Below, piece after piece: positions 1 through 9,024 of a DNA stretch of 36,794 nt (its first letter is position 1; every line of letters starts with the position of its first letter). The position numbers were made by a program, and so were the translations under genes. This DNA comes from a virus (taxonomy: Duplodnaviria; Caudoviricetes), in the IMG/VR virus record IMGVR_UViG_3300011339_000519, positions 1 to 36,794 of that record; one strand, 5' to 3'. The notes below the pieces were generated by a model, which was not told where the DNA came from, did not search any database, and worked only from the letters and a program-made list of their open reading frames with translations.

Positions 1-114
1 AAAATCTACATCGACCATGATGTCTCAAAGGAAATTGGCCACATTGGCACATTTGAGTTTCGCCATGACCACACCTGGATTGTGAAAGAGGAAATGGAAA
101 AAGAGGCCCAATAA
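1..114 (+). CDS. 3' fragment of the glycosyltransferase-like gene (full copy at 35355-36005)
   Basis: Encodes KIYIDHDVSKEIGHIGTFEFRHDHTWIVKEEMEKEAQ*, identical to the end of ORF 35355-36005. Confidence 0.9.
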   Translation, partial: KIYIDHDVSKEIGHIGTFEFRHDHTWIVKEEMEKEAQ

Positions 115-737
115 TGGCACTGACAACATACGCAGAACTGAAGACATCCATTGGTGACTGGCTTAATCGCTCAGACCTGACTTCTGTTATCCCTGACTTT
201 ATCTCTCTGGCCGAGGCGCAAGTGGAACGCACATTGCGCACCAGGCAAATGATTGTCCGGGCCAATGCGTCTTTTGATGCGCAATATGGCGCTGTGCCAA
301 GCGACTTCTTAGAAACCAAATCTCTGAAACTGACCAGCACCAATCCACAGACTCCATTGGAGTTTTTGAGCATTGATGCCTTGGACCAGAAGGCTGCCGA
401 ATACACAGCCAGTGGCAAGCCACGATTCTTTGGTGTTGTTGGTGGCCAGCTGCGCATCGTGCCAACACCAGACAGCACATACACAACTGAGCTAACCTAT
501 TACGCAAAGTTGTCAAAGTTATCAACTAGCAACACCAGCAACTGGCTTTTGGCCTCAAGTCCTGACATTTATCTGTATGGATCACTCTTGCAGGCTGCAC
601 CATACTTGCAAGATGATGCGAGAATTCAGACATGGGCAACGCTGTATGAGCGAGCCTTGAACGATTTACAAACAGCCGATGATCGCGGTGCATCTTCTGG
701 TGGTGCATTGCTTACCCGTGCAAAGACTTTTGGATAA
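114..737 (+). CDS. Putative head-tail adaptor/connector protein
   Basis: 207 aa; MALTTYAELKTSIGDWLNRSDL N-terminus and PDIYLYGSL motif typical of phage adaptors; lies between capsid and tail genes. Confidence 0.65.
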   Translation: MALTTYAELKTSIGDWLNRSDLTSVIPDFISLAEAQVERTLRTRQMIVRANASFDAQYGAVPSDFLETKSLKLTSTNPQTPLEFLSIDALDQKAAEYTASGKPRFFGVVGGQLRIVPTPDSTYTTELTYYAKLSKLSTSNTSNWLLASSPDIYLYGSLLQAAPYLQDDARIQTWATLYERALNDLQTADDRGASSGGALLTRAKTFG

Positions 738-747
738 GGACTAGACC

Positions 748-1143
748 ATGTCATCTTTTACCGACTACACCGAAAACCTGGTTTTGACCTGGGTCTTCAC
801 AACAAACTCAGCCACACGCCCCACGGCCTGGTATGTTGGCCTTTTCACGGCTGCACCAAGCGACACTGGTGGCGGTACTGAGGTATCTGGCAACGCCTAC
901 GCACGGGTGGTCACTGGCACAATCTCAGGCTCTGGCACAGCCACGACATTCACCAATGCAGCGGCCATCGAGTTTGCAGCTGCCAGCGGTGGCAATTGGG
1001 GATCAATCGGCTGGGCTGGCATCTTTGATGCCTCTACGGGTGGAAACCTTTTGGCCTGGTCGCCACTCTCAACAGCACGCACCATCAACAATGGTGATGT
1101 CTTGCGTATTCCAGCTGGTTCATTGAGCATCACTTTGGCTTGA
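748..1143 (+). CDS. Virion/tail structural protein
   Basis: 131 aa; YVGLFTAAPSDTGGGTEVSG...YAR and GIFDASTGGNLL motifs common in small phage tail proteins; AAGGA RBS. Confidence 0.65.
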   Translation: MSSFTDYTENLVLTWVFTTNSATRPTAWYVGLFTAAPSDTGGGTEVSGNAYARVVTGTISGSGTATTFTNAAAIEFAAASGGNWGSIGWAGIFDASTGGNLLAWSPLSTARTINNGDVLRIPAGSLSITLA

Positions 1144-1144
1144 T

Positions 1145-1957
1145 ATGGCTGCCTATGGATCGGGGAATTTTGGCGCTGGTCAATACTCTGATCCAAGGGT
1201 AGGCTACGGCTACGGCTCTTACGGCAAGGGCAACTATTCCAGAGGCTCATTTGAGCCAACTGTGGCCATCAGCGCCACATCCACCATGGCCACTGCGGCC
1301 ACTGTGGTTTCCAATGCAACAGTGGCTATCAGCGCCACATCCACCATGTCGGTGGCAGCCACCAGATATGCGTTTGCAGAGGTCCTGATATCTGACACAA
1401 GCACAGTCACGATTGACGCAAATGTAATCATGTCTGCATCACTGGCCATCAGTGACGCAAGCTCCATGGCGGTGGATGGTGTGCGGTATGCAATTGGCGC
1501 AGCCACCATCAGTGACACAAGCTCCATGGCCGTGGATGGTGTCAGGTATGCCATTGGCGACATCATCATTAGCGACACTAGCACGGCATCGATTGCAGCC
1601 ACCAGGGTGGCATTTGGCGCGTTTGACATTGTTGATGCATCCACCATGGATGTGTCCACATCGGTCATTGTCAACAATAGCATTGTCATCAATGATTACA
1701 GCTACATGGAGGCAACGGCCTACACTACACAAAAAGCTGTGGTGGTCATTGCTGCAAGCTCATCCATGGCAGTCAATGCAAGACTAAAATGGGAAGACGA
1801 AAACGACACGGCAGAAACCTGGACAGCAATCTCTGACAATTCAGAGACCTGGACACCAATATCTGACCAATCAGAAACATGGGACGCAATTAGCGACAAC
1901 AGTGAAAGTTGGTCGCCAATTGCTGATAATAGTGAATCCTGGCAAATTGCCGCATGA
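1145..1957 (+). CDS. Repeat-rich virion structural protein
   Basis: 270 aa; Gly/Tyr-rich N-terminus, ~19-aa ISxTSxMAV repeats, five ~10-aa ETWxxIxDxS repeats at the C-terminus. Confidence 0.6.
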   Translation: MAAYGSGNFGAGQYSDPRVGYGYGSYGKGNYSRGSFEPTVAISATSTMATAATVVSNATVAISATSTMSVAATRYAFAEVLISDTSTVTIDANVIMSASLAISDASSMAVDGVRYAIGAATISDTSSMAVDGVRYAIGDIIISDTSTASIAATRVAFGAFDIVDASTMDVSTSVIVNNSIVINDYSYMEATAYTTQKAVVVIAASSSMAVNARLKWEDENDTAETWTAISDNSETWTPISDQSETWDAISDNSESWSPIADNSESWQIAA

Positions 1958-1965
1958 GGTGAAAA

Positions 1966-2577
1966 ATGGCTGATACCACAACGACCAACCTATTACTGAC
2001 CAAACCAGAAGTCGGTGCATCTACTGACAGCTGGGGTACAAAGCTCAACAGCGACCTGGACACCATTGACGCATTGTTTGATGCTGGCCCGGTGCTGAAG
2101 GTTGCAAAGGGTGGTACTGGTGTTAGTACAAGCACAGGCTCTGGCAATAATGTATTGTCCACAAGCCCAACACTTGTCACACCAGTTTTAGGCACTCCAA
2201 CATCAGGTAACTTAACAAATTGCACAGCTGATGGCACAGATTCTGTCGGATTCAAAAATATTCCTATAAATAGTCAAAGTGCAGCATATACAGCAGTATT
2301 GGCAGATGCGGGAAAAGTAATACTCCACCCATCAACTGATGCAAATGCGAGAACATTTACGATTCCAGCAAATAGTTCTGTTGCTTACCCACTTGGAACT
2401 GCAATAACATTTATCAATATGACATCTCAATCAGTAACAATTGCAATCAATACTGACACGATGTATTTATCTTCTGCTGGAACAACAGGCTCACGCACTT
2501 TGGCCCAGTATGGGTCTGCTACTGCAATCAAAATGACTTCAACAACTTGGCTAATCTCAGGGAGTGGATTGACATGA
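1966..2577 (+). CDS. Tail fibre protein (proximal part)
   Basis: [28 protein letters not shown] anchor, VAKGGTG and [15 protein letters not shown] motifs, C-terminal WLISGSGLT; GAGG RBS. Confidence 0.7.
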   Translation: MADTTTTNLLLTKPEVGASTDSWGTKLNSDLDTIDALFDAGPVLKVAKGGTGVSTSTGSGNNVLSTSPTLVTPVLGTPTSGNLTNCTADGTDSVGFKNIPINSQSAAYTAVLADAGKVILHPSTDANARTFTIPANSSVAYPLGTAITFINMTSQSVTIAINTDTMYLSSAGTTGSRTLAQYGSATAIKMTSTTWLISGSGLT

Positions 2578-3212
2578 GTGGTGCTTTACAAGCTGTTTTC
2601 CAAAATCAAAGATCATTTGGTCTTACTATTGGCCAGGCTTTAGGTGGCGGTTATTTTGCTGGCCAAATTTCAACTGCTGGCAATGGAGTTGCTGATTACA
2701 ATTTAATTGTTGCCCCTGTATCTTCTGGGCAAACTAATTCGGTATTTTTCAAAACATCAGGAGCTTATGACTCTGGTGCTGAATCAGACATCAATGGTCC
2801 ATCTAATAGCTCATCAATGAACGATGCAGCTCATCCAGCAGCACAGTTTTGTGAATCTGCAAATATTGGTGGATTTACTGATTGGTATTTGCCAGCTAAA
2901 AATGAGTTGGAAGTTTGTTACTACAATTTGAAGCCATCGACTAAGACAAACAATACTGGATCAGGTGTAAACACAAACGCTGTCCCAAGCCGAGGCTCTA
3001 CATACACATCTGGCACTCCAGCAAAAACATCTGCGACTTTATTTCAATCAGGGCAAGCCCAAGAGTTTGCAGAAGTTAGATACTGGACCAGCACTCAAGA
3101 CACTGGCATCGGAAATAGAGCTAGATTCCAATCTTTTTATGATGGCGGTCAAGGCAGTTATTACAAAGTCAGTTATTTTAGAGCGCGTGCTGTTCGCAGA
3201 GTTGCAGTTTAA
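2574..3212 (+). CDS. Putative receptor-binding protein, DUF1566/C-type-lectin-like fold
   Basis: [22 protein letters not shown] and terminal RARAVRRV motifs; ATGA overlap with the upstream stop puts the start at 2574. Confidence 0.7.
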   Translation: MSGALQAVFQNQRSFGLTIGQALGGGYFAGQISTAGNGVADYNLIVAPVSSGQTNSVFFKTSGAYDSGAESDINGPSNSSSMNDAAHPAAQFCESANIGGFTDWYLPAKNELEVCYYNLKPSTKTNNTGSGVNTNAVPSRGSTYTSGTPAKTSATLFQSGQAQEFAEVRYWTSTQDTGIGNRARFQSFYDGGQGSYYKVSYFRARAVRRVAV

Positions 3213-3233
3213 ATTCTTATAAGGAAAATCACA

Positions 3234-3656
3234 ATGTATATTTGTGTAACAGAAGTTGATGCAGTAACAAAAATACCTTGCACAACTGAACCACAGCGCA
3301 CAGGCCCATCAATGCCTAATGTCAAAGGATTGACTATTTTGTGGCAAGACAAGTCAACATGGCCTGTTGAATTAGCATCTGATGGCACATATTTACGCGC
3401 CCCCAAATACTTTGGAACTTGCGATGATGATGCTGACACATCTATTGCTGGTGTTTTGCAAGTGTTGACTGAGAGTGAATACAACGCAGCTAAAACTGCT
3501 GAACATTTGGCGCGTAAACCATATCCATCATGGATTGGTTATCCAGACACAATGACCTGGGGCGCGCCAGTGCCAAGACCAGTGGATGCAATTATGAATG
3601 GTGGCAATGTGCGCTATCAATGGGATGAAACCACATTAAACTGGATTCCAGAGTGA
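3234..3656 (+). CDS. Hypothetical tail-fibre-associated protein (possible assembly chaperone)
   Basis: 140 aa; KPYPSW...W.APVP.P...YQWDETTLNW motif seen next to fibre genes; AAGGA RBS. Confidence 0.55.
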   Translation: MYICVTEVDAVTKIPCTTEPQRTGPSMPNVKGLTILWQDKSTWPVELASDGTYLRAPKYFGTCDDDADTSIAGVLQVLTESEYNAAKTAEHLARKPYPSWIGYPDTMTWGAPVPRPVDAIMNGGNVRYQWDETTLNWIPE

Positions 3657-4474
3657 AAGAAATTTTCTTCATCTCTGGTTTGCCAAGATCAGGATCAACC
3701 CTGCTCTCAGCGATTCTGCGTCAAAACCCTGAGTTTTATGCAGATATCTCCTCACCCGTGCAGAGCTTGGTGGCATCAACCATCAATGTCATTACCGGAA
3801 GCGAGAGCAATCATTTGATTGATGAAGAAAGACGCAAGCAAATACTTAAAGATGTCATTGAGGCATATTACAAAACAGTCACTCCCAAAACTGTATTTGA
3901 CACAAGCAGGGGATGGACTTCTAAGACAGCACTTCTGAAAGAACTTTATCCACAGACCAAGATCATTTGTTGCGTGCGTGATCTGCCTTGGATACTTGAC
4001 AGCTTTGAGCGTATTTCAGCTAAAAACTCTTTGTATGGTGCAGCTTTGACAGATGATGAATCAAGGCAAACAGTCACGACAAGATGTGATGCTTTGATGG
4101 ATGTCAAAAAAGAAGGTCAAGTTGTCAAGCCTTATTACTTCTTAGAAGAAGGATTACTACTAAACCCAGACATGATTTTGCTGGTTGAATATGAATCTTT
4201 ATGCAAACAACCTGAGAGTGTTATGCGTGAGATTTATGGGTTTATTGGTAAGCCTTATTTTGACCATGATTTCAAAAATGTTGAATATGAAAATGAAGTG
4301 TTTGACAAAGCATTAAACATGAAGAGTTTGCATACAGTCAGAAAAGAAGTCACCTGGCAAGAGCGCCCATCAATACTGCCAAAATCAGTATGGGACAAAT
4401 ATTCTGGAAAAGAGTTTTGGCGTAGTCCCACACCAGAGTTTTCAATAAAGCAACTTTATAAGGTTAAGGGATGA
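3653..4474 (+). CDS. PAPS-dependent sulfotransferase
   Basis: 5'-PSB loop ISGLPRSGSTLL, 3'-PB motif IICCVRDLPWILDS, downstream VEYESLCKQPE; GTG start overlapping the upstream stop. Confidence 0.88.
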   Translation: MKEIFFISGLPRSGSTLLSAILRQNPEFYADISSPVQSLVASTINVITGSESNHLIDEERRKQILKDVIEAYYKTVTPKTVFDTSRGWTSKTALLKELYPQTKIICCVRDLPWILDSFERISAKNSLYGAALTDDESRQTVTTRCDALMDVKKEGQVVKPYYFLEEGLLLNPDMILLVEYESLCKQPESVMREIYGFIGKPYFDHDFKNVEYENEVFDKALNMKSLHTVRKEVTWQERPSILPKSVWDKYSGKEFWRSPTPEFSIKQLYKVKG

Positions 4475-4914
4475 AAATCTTAATCATGGGATTACCTGGC
4501 GCTGGTAAAACAACATTGGCCGAAGCCTTGGCAAGAGAATTGTCGTGCGTACATTTTAATGCTGATGAAATTCGTAAAGAAATAAACAAAGACCTTGGAT
4601 TTAGTATTGAAGACAGATTAGAGCAAGCAAGACGCATGGGTGTTTTATGTGACATTGCAAGTAGACATGGTGCTTATGTAATTGCAGATTTTGTTTGCCC
4701 AACACCAGAAACCCGTGAAGCATTTGGCGCTGACTTTACAGTCTGGGTTGACCGAATCAAAGAAGGCCGTTTTGAGGACACAAACAAACTATTTGTTCCA
4801 CCAGAAAAGTACGATGCCCGTATTAACGGACCTTGGGGGATGCAATACTATGCTGAAGAATTAGCACGCAGAATTGATCCTAAACATAGAACTTCTTTAT
4901 ACAGTGTTGGATAA
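4471..4914 (+). CDS. cysC: Adenylyl-sulfate (APS) kinase-like protein
   Basis: P-loop GLPGAGKTT plus NADEIR and DLGFSIEDR signature of CysC; short (147 aa). Confidence 0.8.
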   Translation: MKILIMGLPGAGKTTLAEALARELSCVHFNADEIRKEINKDLGFSIEDRLEQARRMGVLCDIASRHGAYVIADFVCPTPETREAFGADFTVWVDRIKEGRFEDTNKLFVPPEKYDARINGPWGMQYYAEELARRIDPKHRTSLYSVG

Positions 4915-4917
4915 ATC

Positions 4918-5115
4918 ATGGATGCTGATGTTGATAAGCGCCTGGCGGTGCATGAAGCCATTTGTGCAGAGCGATATAACTCCATTGCCAACACCTTAAA
5001 AGATGGTGACAGGCGAATGACCAAGATTGAATATCTGCTCTACGCTGCAATCTTGGCCGTTTTGCTTGGACCAGGTGTGGCTGCCGAATTCGTCAAAAAG
5101 ATTTTCGGGCTATGA
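4918..5115 (+). CDS. Small coiled-coil plus transmembrane protein (holin-like)
   Basis: HEAICAERY motif, C-terminal hydrophobic helix, at the start of the lysis region. Confidence 0.55.
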   Translation: MDADVDKRLAVHEAICAERYNSIANTLKDGDRRMTKIEYLLYAAILAVLLGPGVAAEFVKKIFGL

Positions 5116-5204
5116 AAGACTGGGCCGTGGCACTCATCGCTGCGGCCTGCATCACGGCATTTGTCGTTTGGGGTACATACATCATTATTTGGGCAATGAG
5201 ATGA
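5112..5204 (+). CDS. 30-aa single-pass membrane peptide (not in ORF track)
   Basis: MKDWAVALIAAACITAFVVWGTYIIIWAMR*; ATGA overlaps at both ends. Confidence 0.6.
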   Translation: MKDWAVALIAAACITAFVVWGTYIIIWAMR

Positions 5205-5491
5205 GATGGGCCATTCTTTCACTTTTTCTTTTCTCGGTCCTTGTGCTGGCCCAGCAAACAAGGTGCAACCCTGTTGATCTCTACAATGTCAGTTGGATAG
5301 GCAATCCAAGTCTTAGGCATGAGCAAATGTCCATGTGGCTGACCAGGAATGGTGACTCTTGTACAGCAGAGCAGCTGGTGGGAATCTGGAACAAACTGGC
5401 CGAGTGGGCCGGTGTCGCTGATTCCCAGGAGCTGAGAGGCAAGGTGCTTTATTTTTACGAAAGAGCAGTGCAAAGGGAGAAACCAAAATGA
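5201..5491 (+). CDS. Hypothetical exported protein
   Basis: Start reassigned to 5201 (MRWAILSLFLFSVLVLAQ, signal-peptide-like), coupled to both neighbours. Confidence 0.6.
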   Translation: MRWAILSLFLFSVLVLAQQTRCNPVDLYNVSWIGNPSLRHEQMSMWLTRNGDSCTAEQLVGIWNKLAEWAGVADSQELRGKVLYFYERAVQREKPK

Positions 5492-5724
5492 TTGACAAAA
5501 TTCGCTGGTTTCCAATGGTCGATGCATCTGGCTATCCAGACAAGACTGATGCCACTCAAAGACGCATTGAAAAGCACCAGGAGGAATATCGAATGGCAGT
5601 CAAGGCTGCCAAAGCAGAAAGAAAGATTGACGATATATTGTTGGAGCTGTACAACAAACGGGCAGAGCAGCAAAAACTTAGATTGGAAATATTTACAAAC
5701 CGAAAACTGGATTTTTATGTGTGA
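5488..5724 (+). CDS. Hypothetical protein
   Basis: 78 aa; GGAG RBS; ATGA overlap. Confidence 0.6.
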   Translation: MIDKIRWFPMVDASGYPDKTDATQRRIEKHQEEYRMAVKAAKAERKIDDILLELYNKRAEQQKLRLEIFTNRKLDFYV

Positions 5725-5732
5725 GGTAAACC

Positions 5733-5969
5733 ATGGAAATAACAATGAGAGAAAAACTTACATTCTGGGTGACATTTATGATCAGCATCACCCTGTGCTT
5801 CTCTGTTTTGGCCATGGTCATGGCCTTTCTGTTGGGGCTGTGGGCCAAGGAAGTGGACAACGGGGAAATTTTCAAAATGATTTCACCCGCTTTTTCTACT
5901 CTTATAGGCGGCATGATTGGATTCCTGAGTGGTATCAAACTCAATCAAGTAGAGGATGAGAAAAAATGA
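5733..5969 (+). CDS. Two-TM membrane protein (holin/antiholin candidate)
   Basis: Two hydrophobic helices; GAGG RBS; lysis context. Confidence 0.55.
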   Translation: MEITMREKLTFWVTFMISITLCFSVLAMVMAFLLGLWAKEVDNGEIFKMISPAFSTLIGGMIGFLSGIKLNQVEDEKK

Positions 5970-6373
5970 TCGGACTAGATGCACTGATGCAAGTGGGTGG
6001 CAAGCTCATTGACAAACTCATTCCAGACCCAGAGGCCAAAGCAAAGGCCCAGCTTGAACTCCAGAAGATGGCCCAGGATGGTGAGCTGGCCAAGATGGCC
6101 AATGAGACCAAGCTGTTTGAGGTTGAGCAAAATAACCTGACAGAGCGTTTAAAAGCTGACATGGGTAGTGACTCATGGATGAGCAAAAATATACGCCCCT
6201 TGACCCTTGTATTCCTTTTGGTGGCCTATTCTGGGTTTGCCATTGCCTCCATCTTTGAATATGAAACCCGTGGGGCTTATGTTGAATTGCTGGGCCAGTG
6301 GGGCATGTTGGTCATGTCTTTTTATTTTGGTGGTCGCACCATGGAAAAAATTGCTGATAGGGTGAAAAAATGA
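5966..6373 (+). CDS. Holin (3TM/GTA-type family)
   Basis: LIDKLIPDP, SDSWMSKNIRPL and FYFGGRTMEK motifs; immediately upstream of the endolysin. Confidence 0.78.
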   Translation: MIGLDALMQVGGKLIDKLIPDPEAKAKAQLELQKMAQDGELAKMANETKLFEVEQNNLTERLKADMGSDSWMSKNIRPLTLVFLLVAYSGFAIASIFEYETRGAYVELLGQWGMLVMSFYFGGRTMEKIADRVKK

Positions 6374-6879
6374 AAGAGAACTTTGAATCTTGTTTGAAAG
6401 CAGTGCTGCACCATGAGGGTGGCTATGTCAACCACCCAAGTGATCCTGGTGGCATGACCAATCTTGGCGTGACCAAACGGGTCTGGGAAGAGTGGGTGGG
6501 CCATGAGGTCGATGAGAGGACCATGCGCGGCCTAACTCCGGAAATTGTCGGCCCAATGTACAAAGCCAAATACTGGGACAAGGTCAAGGGAGATGATCTG
6601 CCTGCGGGTGTCGATTATTGCGTCTTTGACGCTGCGATCAACTCTGGCCCAGGCAGGGCTGCCAAGTGGCTGCAAGCGGCTGTGGGTGTCGAGCCTGATG
6701 GCGGCATTGGTCCAAAGACTTTGCAGGCCGTGGCCAGCATGGATGCGGCAGAGCTGGTCAACGCATACAACGACAGGCGCTTGTCTTTTTTGCACGATCT
6801 GCCCACCTGGGACACATTTGGCAAAGGCTGGGGCAGGCGCGTGGCAGAAGTCAAAGCCGCTGGTTTAGACATGGCATAA
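6370..6879 (+). CDS. Endolysin, glycoside hydrolase family 108 with peptidoglycan-binding domain
   Basis: HEGGYVNHPSDPGGMTNLGVT catalytic motif; FDAAINSG; DGGIGPKT; FGKGWGRR. Confidence 0.92.
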   Translation: MKENFESCLKAVLHHEGGYVNHPSDPGGMTNLGVTKRVWEEWVGHEVDERTMRGLTPEIVGPMYKAKYWDKVKGDDLPAGVDYCVFDAAINSGPGRAAKWLQAAVGVEPDGGIGPKTLQAVASMDAAELVNAYNDRRLSFLHDLPTWDTFGKGWGRRVAEVKAAGLDMA

Positions 6880-6896
6880 GGTGGCAAAATTGAGCC

Positions 6897-7538
6897 ATGG
6901 CCAGCCAAACACAACAAATTGAGAATCCAGCACCACCCGCAATCGGTTATGCGACCGAGGTCTATGAGCGCAGGCATTTCAATGAAAATAATGGCTCGCT
7001 AAATACTTACTTCAAGAAGCTGTCAACAGTCTTGGGGTCTTTGTTTGGGCCACGGGGTGGTCGGTTTATGAACAACCCTTATGGTGCATTTGAAAGCACT
7101 GTGGACCAAACGGCAGCGCTGGCCAACACGGCCTATGCCATGACCTTGAATACTGTCGATTACGCCAATGGCGTGAGTGTCGTGAGCAATTCCAGGATCA
7201 CAGTGGCTGATGCTGGCATTTGGAATTTGCAATGGTCTGGCCAATTTGAAAACCCAGACTCACAGGACCATGATGTTCGGGTCTGGCTCAAGATTAACGG
7301 GACTGTGGTCACTGGCTCAACTGGATTTTTTGCAGTGCCAAGCAAGCATGGTGCAATCAATGGCCATGCCCTTGTCGGTTGGAATTACTTTTTGAGTCTA
7401 AACGCAACTGATTATGTTGAATTGTGGTGGGAGACTGACAGCACTCAGGTGAGCATTCAGTCTTATGCCGCATCAGGCAATTACCCCTCAACGGCATCAC
7501 TTATTGCGACAATGACATTTGTCTCAAACATTACCTAA
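6897..7538 (+). CDS. Virion structural protein (beta-sandwich tail component)
   Basis: 213 aa; PYGAF, SRITV..AGIWNLQWS and DYVELWW pattern; precedes the nozzle gene. Confidence 0.55.
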   Translation: MASQTQQIENPAPPAIGYATEVYERRHFNENNGSLNTYFKKLSTVLGSLFGPRGGRFMNNPYGAFESTVDQTAALANTAYAMTLNTVDYANGVSVVSNSRITVADAGIWNLQWSGQFENPDSQDHDVRVWLKINGTVVTGSTGFFAVPSKHGAINGHALVGWNYFLSLNATDYVELWWETDSTQVSIQSYAASGNYPSTASLIATMTFVSNIT

Positions 7539-7545
7539 TACTGCC

Positions 7546-9024
7546 ATGTACATACCACTTAAATTGCCCCCAGGAGTCTTTCGCAATGGTACGGAATACC
7601 AGGCAGCAGGCCGCTGGTATGACGCAAACCTAGTGCGCTGGTATGAAGGGACACTGCGTCCCATCAATGGATGGCGCACCAGGTCAAGCTCACAGATGAC
7701 AGGTTCATGCCGTGGCCTGATCACTTGGCGCGACAACAGTGCAAACCGATGGATTGCAGCCGGTACACATTCAAAGCTCTATGTGATGAATGAGGCTGGG
7801 ACACTCAAAGACATCACGCCCACGGGCTTCACAACGGGCTACGCAAGCTCAACAGTGCTGACTGGATACGGGTACAGCTCTTACGGCACATTTGCCTATG
7901 GCGTGGCGCGGCCAGACACTGGCACTCCTATTGCTGCCACCACTTGGTCCATGGACACATGGGGTGAGTATTTGGTCGCATGCTCATCATGGGATGGCAA
8001 ACTCTATGAGTGGCAATTGGGCTTTTCAGGACCAACCAAAGCAGCAGCCATCACCAATGCACCGACTGGAAACAAGGCCGTTTTGGTCACTCAAGAGCGC
8101 ATCATCTTTGCCCTTGGCGCTGGTGGCAATCCACGCAAAGTGCAGTGGTGCGACCAGGAGAACAACACCATTTGGACACCAGCAGGCGACAACCTGGCAG
8201 GCGACTATGACCTGGCCACACCTGGCTCACTCATCGCTGGCAAACGCGTGAAGGGTGTCAATCTGCTGTTTACCGATGTGGATGTCCACACGGCCCAGTA
8301 TGTTGGCGCTCCATTCGTTTATGGCTTTGAGAAGGCTGGCTCTGGCTGCGGTCTCATTTCGGCCCAGTCTGTGGCGGCCATTGACACTGCGGCCATTTGG
8401 ATGTCTAAGTCAGGCTTCTGGATTTATGACGGCTATGTCAAGCCACTGCCAAGTGATGTGTCGGACTACATTTTTGACAATATCAATTTTGCCCAGGCAA
8501 GTAAGATTTATGCGGTCCATGTGAGCAAATATGGCGAAATCTGGTGGTTCTATCCAAGTGCATCGAGCAATGAGAATGACAGTTATGTCACTTTCAATTA
8601 CAGAGAAAACCATTGGAACATTGGATTGATGGCCAGACTTTCTGGTGCTGACGCTGGCGTGTTTACTTATCCTTTGATGGTCTCAAGCGATGGCTACATC
8701 TATGAGCATGAAGTTGGCTTTGACTATGGGTCGGCCAGTGTCTATGCAGAGACTGGACCAGTCCAATTAGGCAATGGCGACAATGTGATGTCAGTGCGAC
8801 AAGTCGTGCCAGATGAGCAAACACTGGGTGAGGCAGTGGTGTCATTCAAGACCAGAAACTACCCCACAGGCAGCCAATCTTCATTTGGGCCATACACGGC
8901 AGCAAACCCAACTTCAGTGAGGTTTTCTGGCCGCCAAGTCAATATGCGGGTGACTGGCAACACTTTGGCTGACTGGCGCATTGGCGTGATGAGATTAGAG
9001 GCTGTGCCAAGTGGCAAGCGATGA
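7546..9024 (+). CDS. Tail nozzle/DNA-stabilisation protein (P22 gp10/T7 gp12 position)
   Basis: ~490 aa, beta-rich, starts MYIPLKLPPGV; immediately before the ejection genes. Confidence 0.65.
   Translation: MYIPLKLPPGVFRNGTEYQAAGRWYDANLVRWYEGTLRPINGWRTRSSSQMTGSCRGLITWRDNSANRWIAAGTHSKLYVMNEAGTLKDITPTGFTTGYASSTVLTGYGYSSYGTFAYGVARPDTGTPIAATTWSMDTWGEYLVACSSWDGKLYEWQLGFSGPTKAAAITNAPTGNKAVLVTQERIIFALGAGGNPRKVQWCDQENNTIWTPAGDNLAGDYDLATPGSLIAGKRVKGVNLLFTDVDVHTAQYVGAPFVYGFEKAGSGCGLISAQSVAAIDTAAIWMSKSGFWIYDGYVKPLPSDVSDYIFDNINFAQASKIYAVHVSKYGEIWWFYPSASSNENDSYVTFNYRENHWNIGLMARLSGADAGVFTYPLMVSSDGYIYEHEVGFDYGSASVYAETGPVQLGNGDNVMSVRQVVPDEQTLGEAVVSFKTRNYPTGSQSSFGPYTAANPTSVRFSGRQVNMRVTGNTLADWRIGVMRLEAVPSGKR

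Larger units (their letters stand above)
1..903 (+). repeat. Imperfect direct terminal repeat, copy 1 (matches 35892-36794)
   Basis: Direct comparison: nt 1-127 identical to 35892-36018, then scattered, mostly synonymous substitutions. Confidence 0.97.

Noticed and set aside
2574-3233. Complete diversity-generating retroelement
   Set aside because: No reverse transcriptase ORF and no adenine-variant template repeat found by eye.
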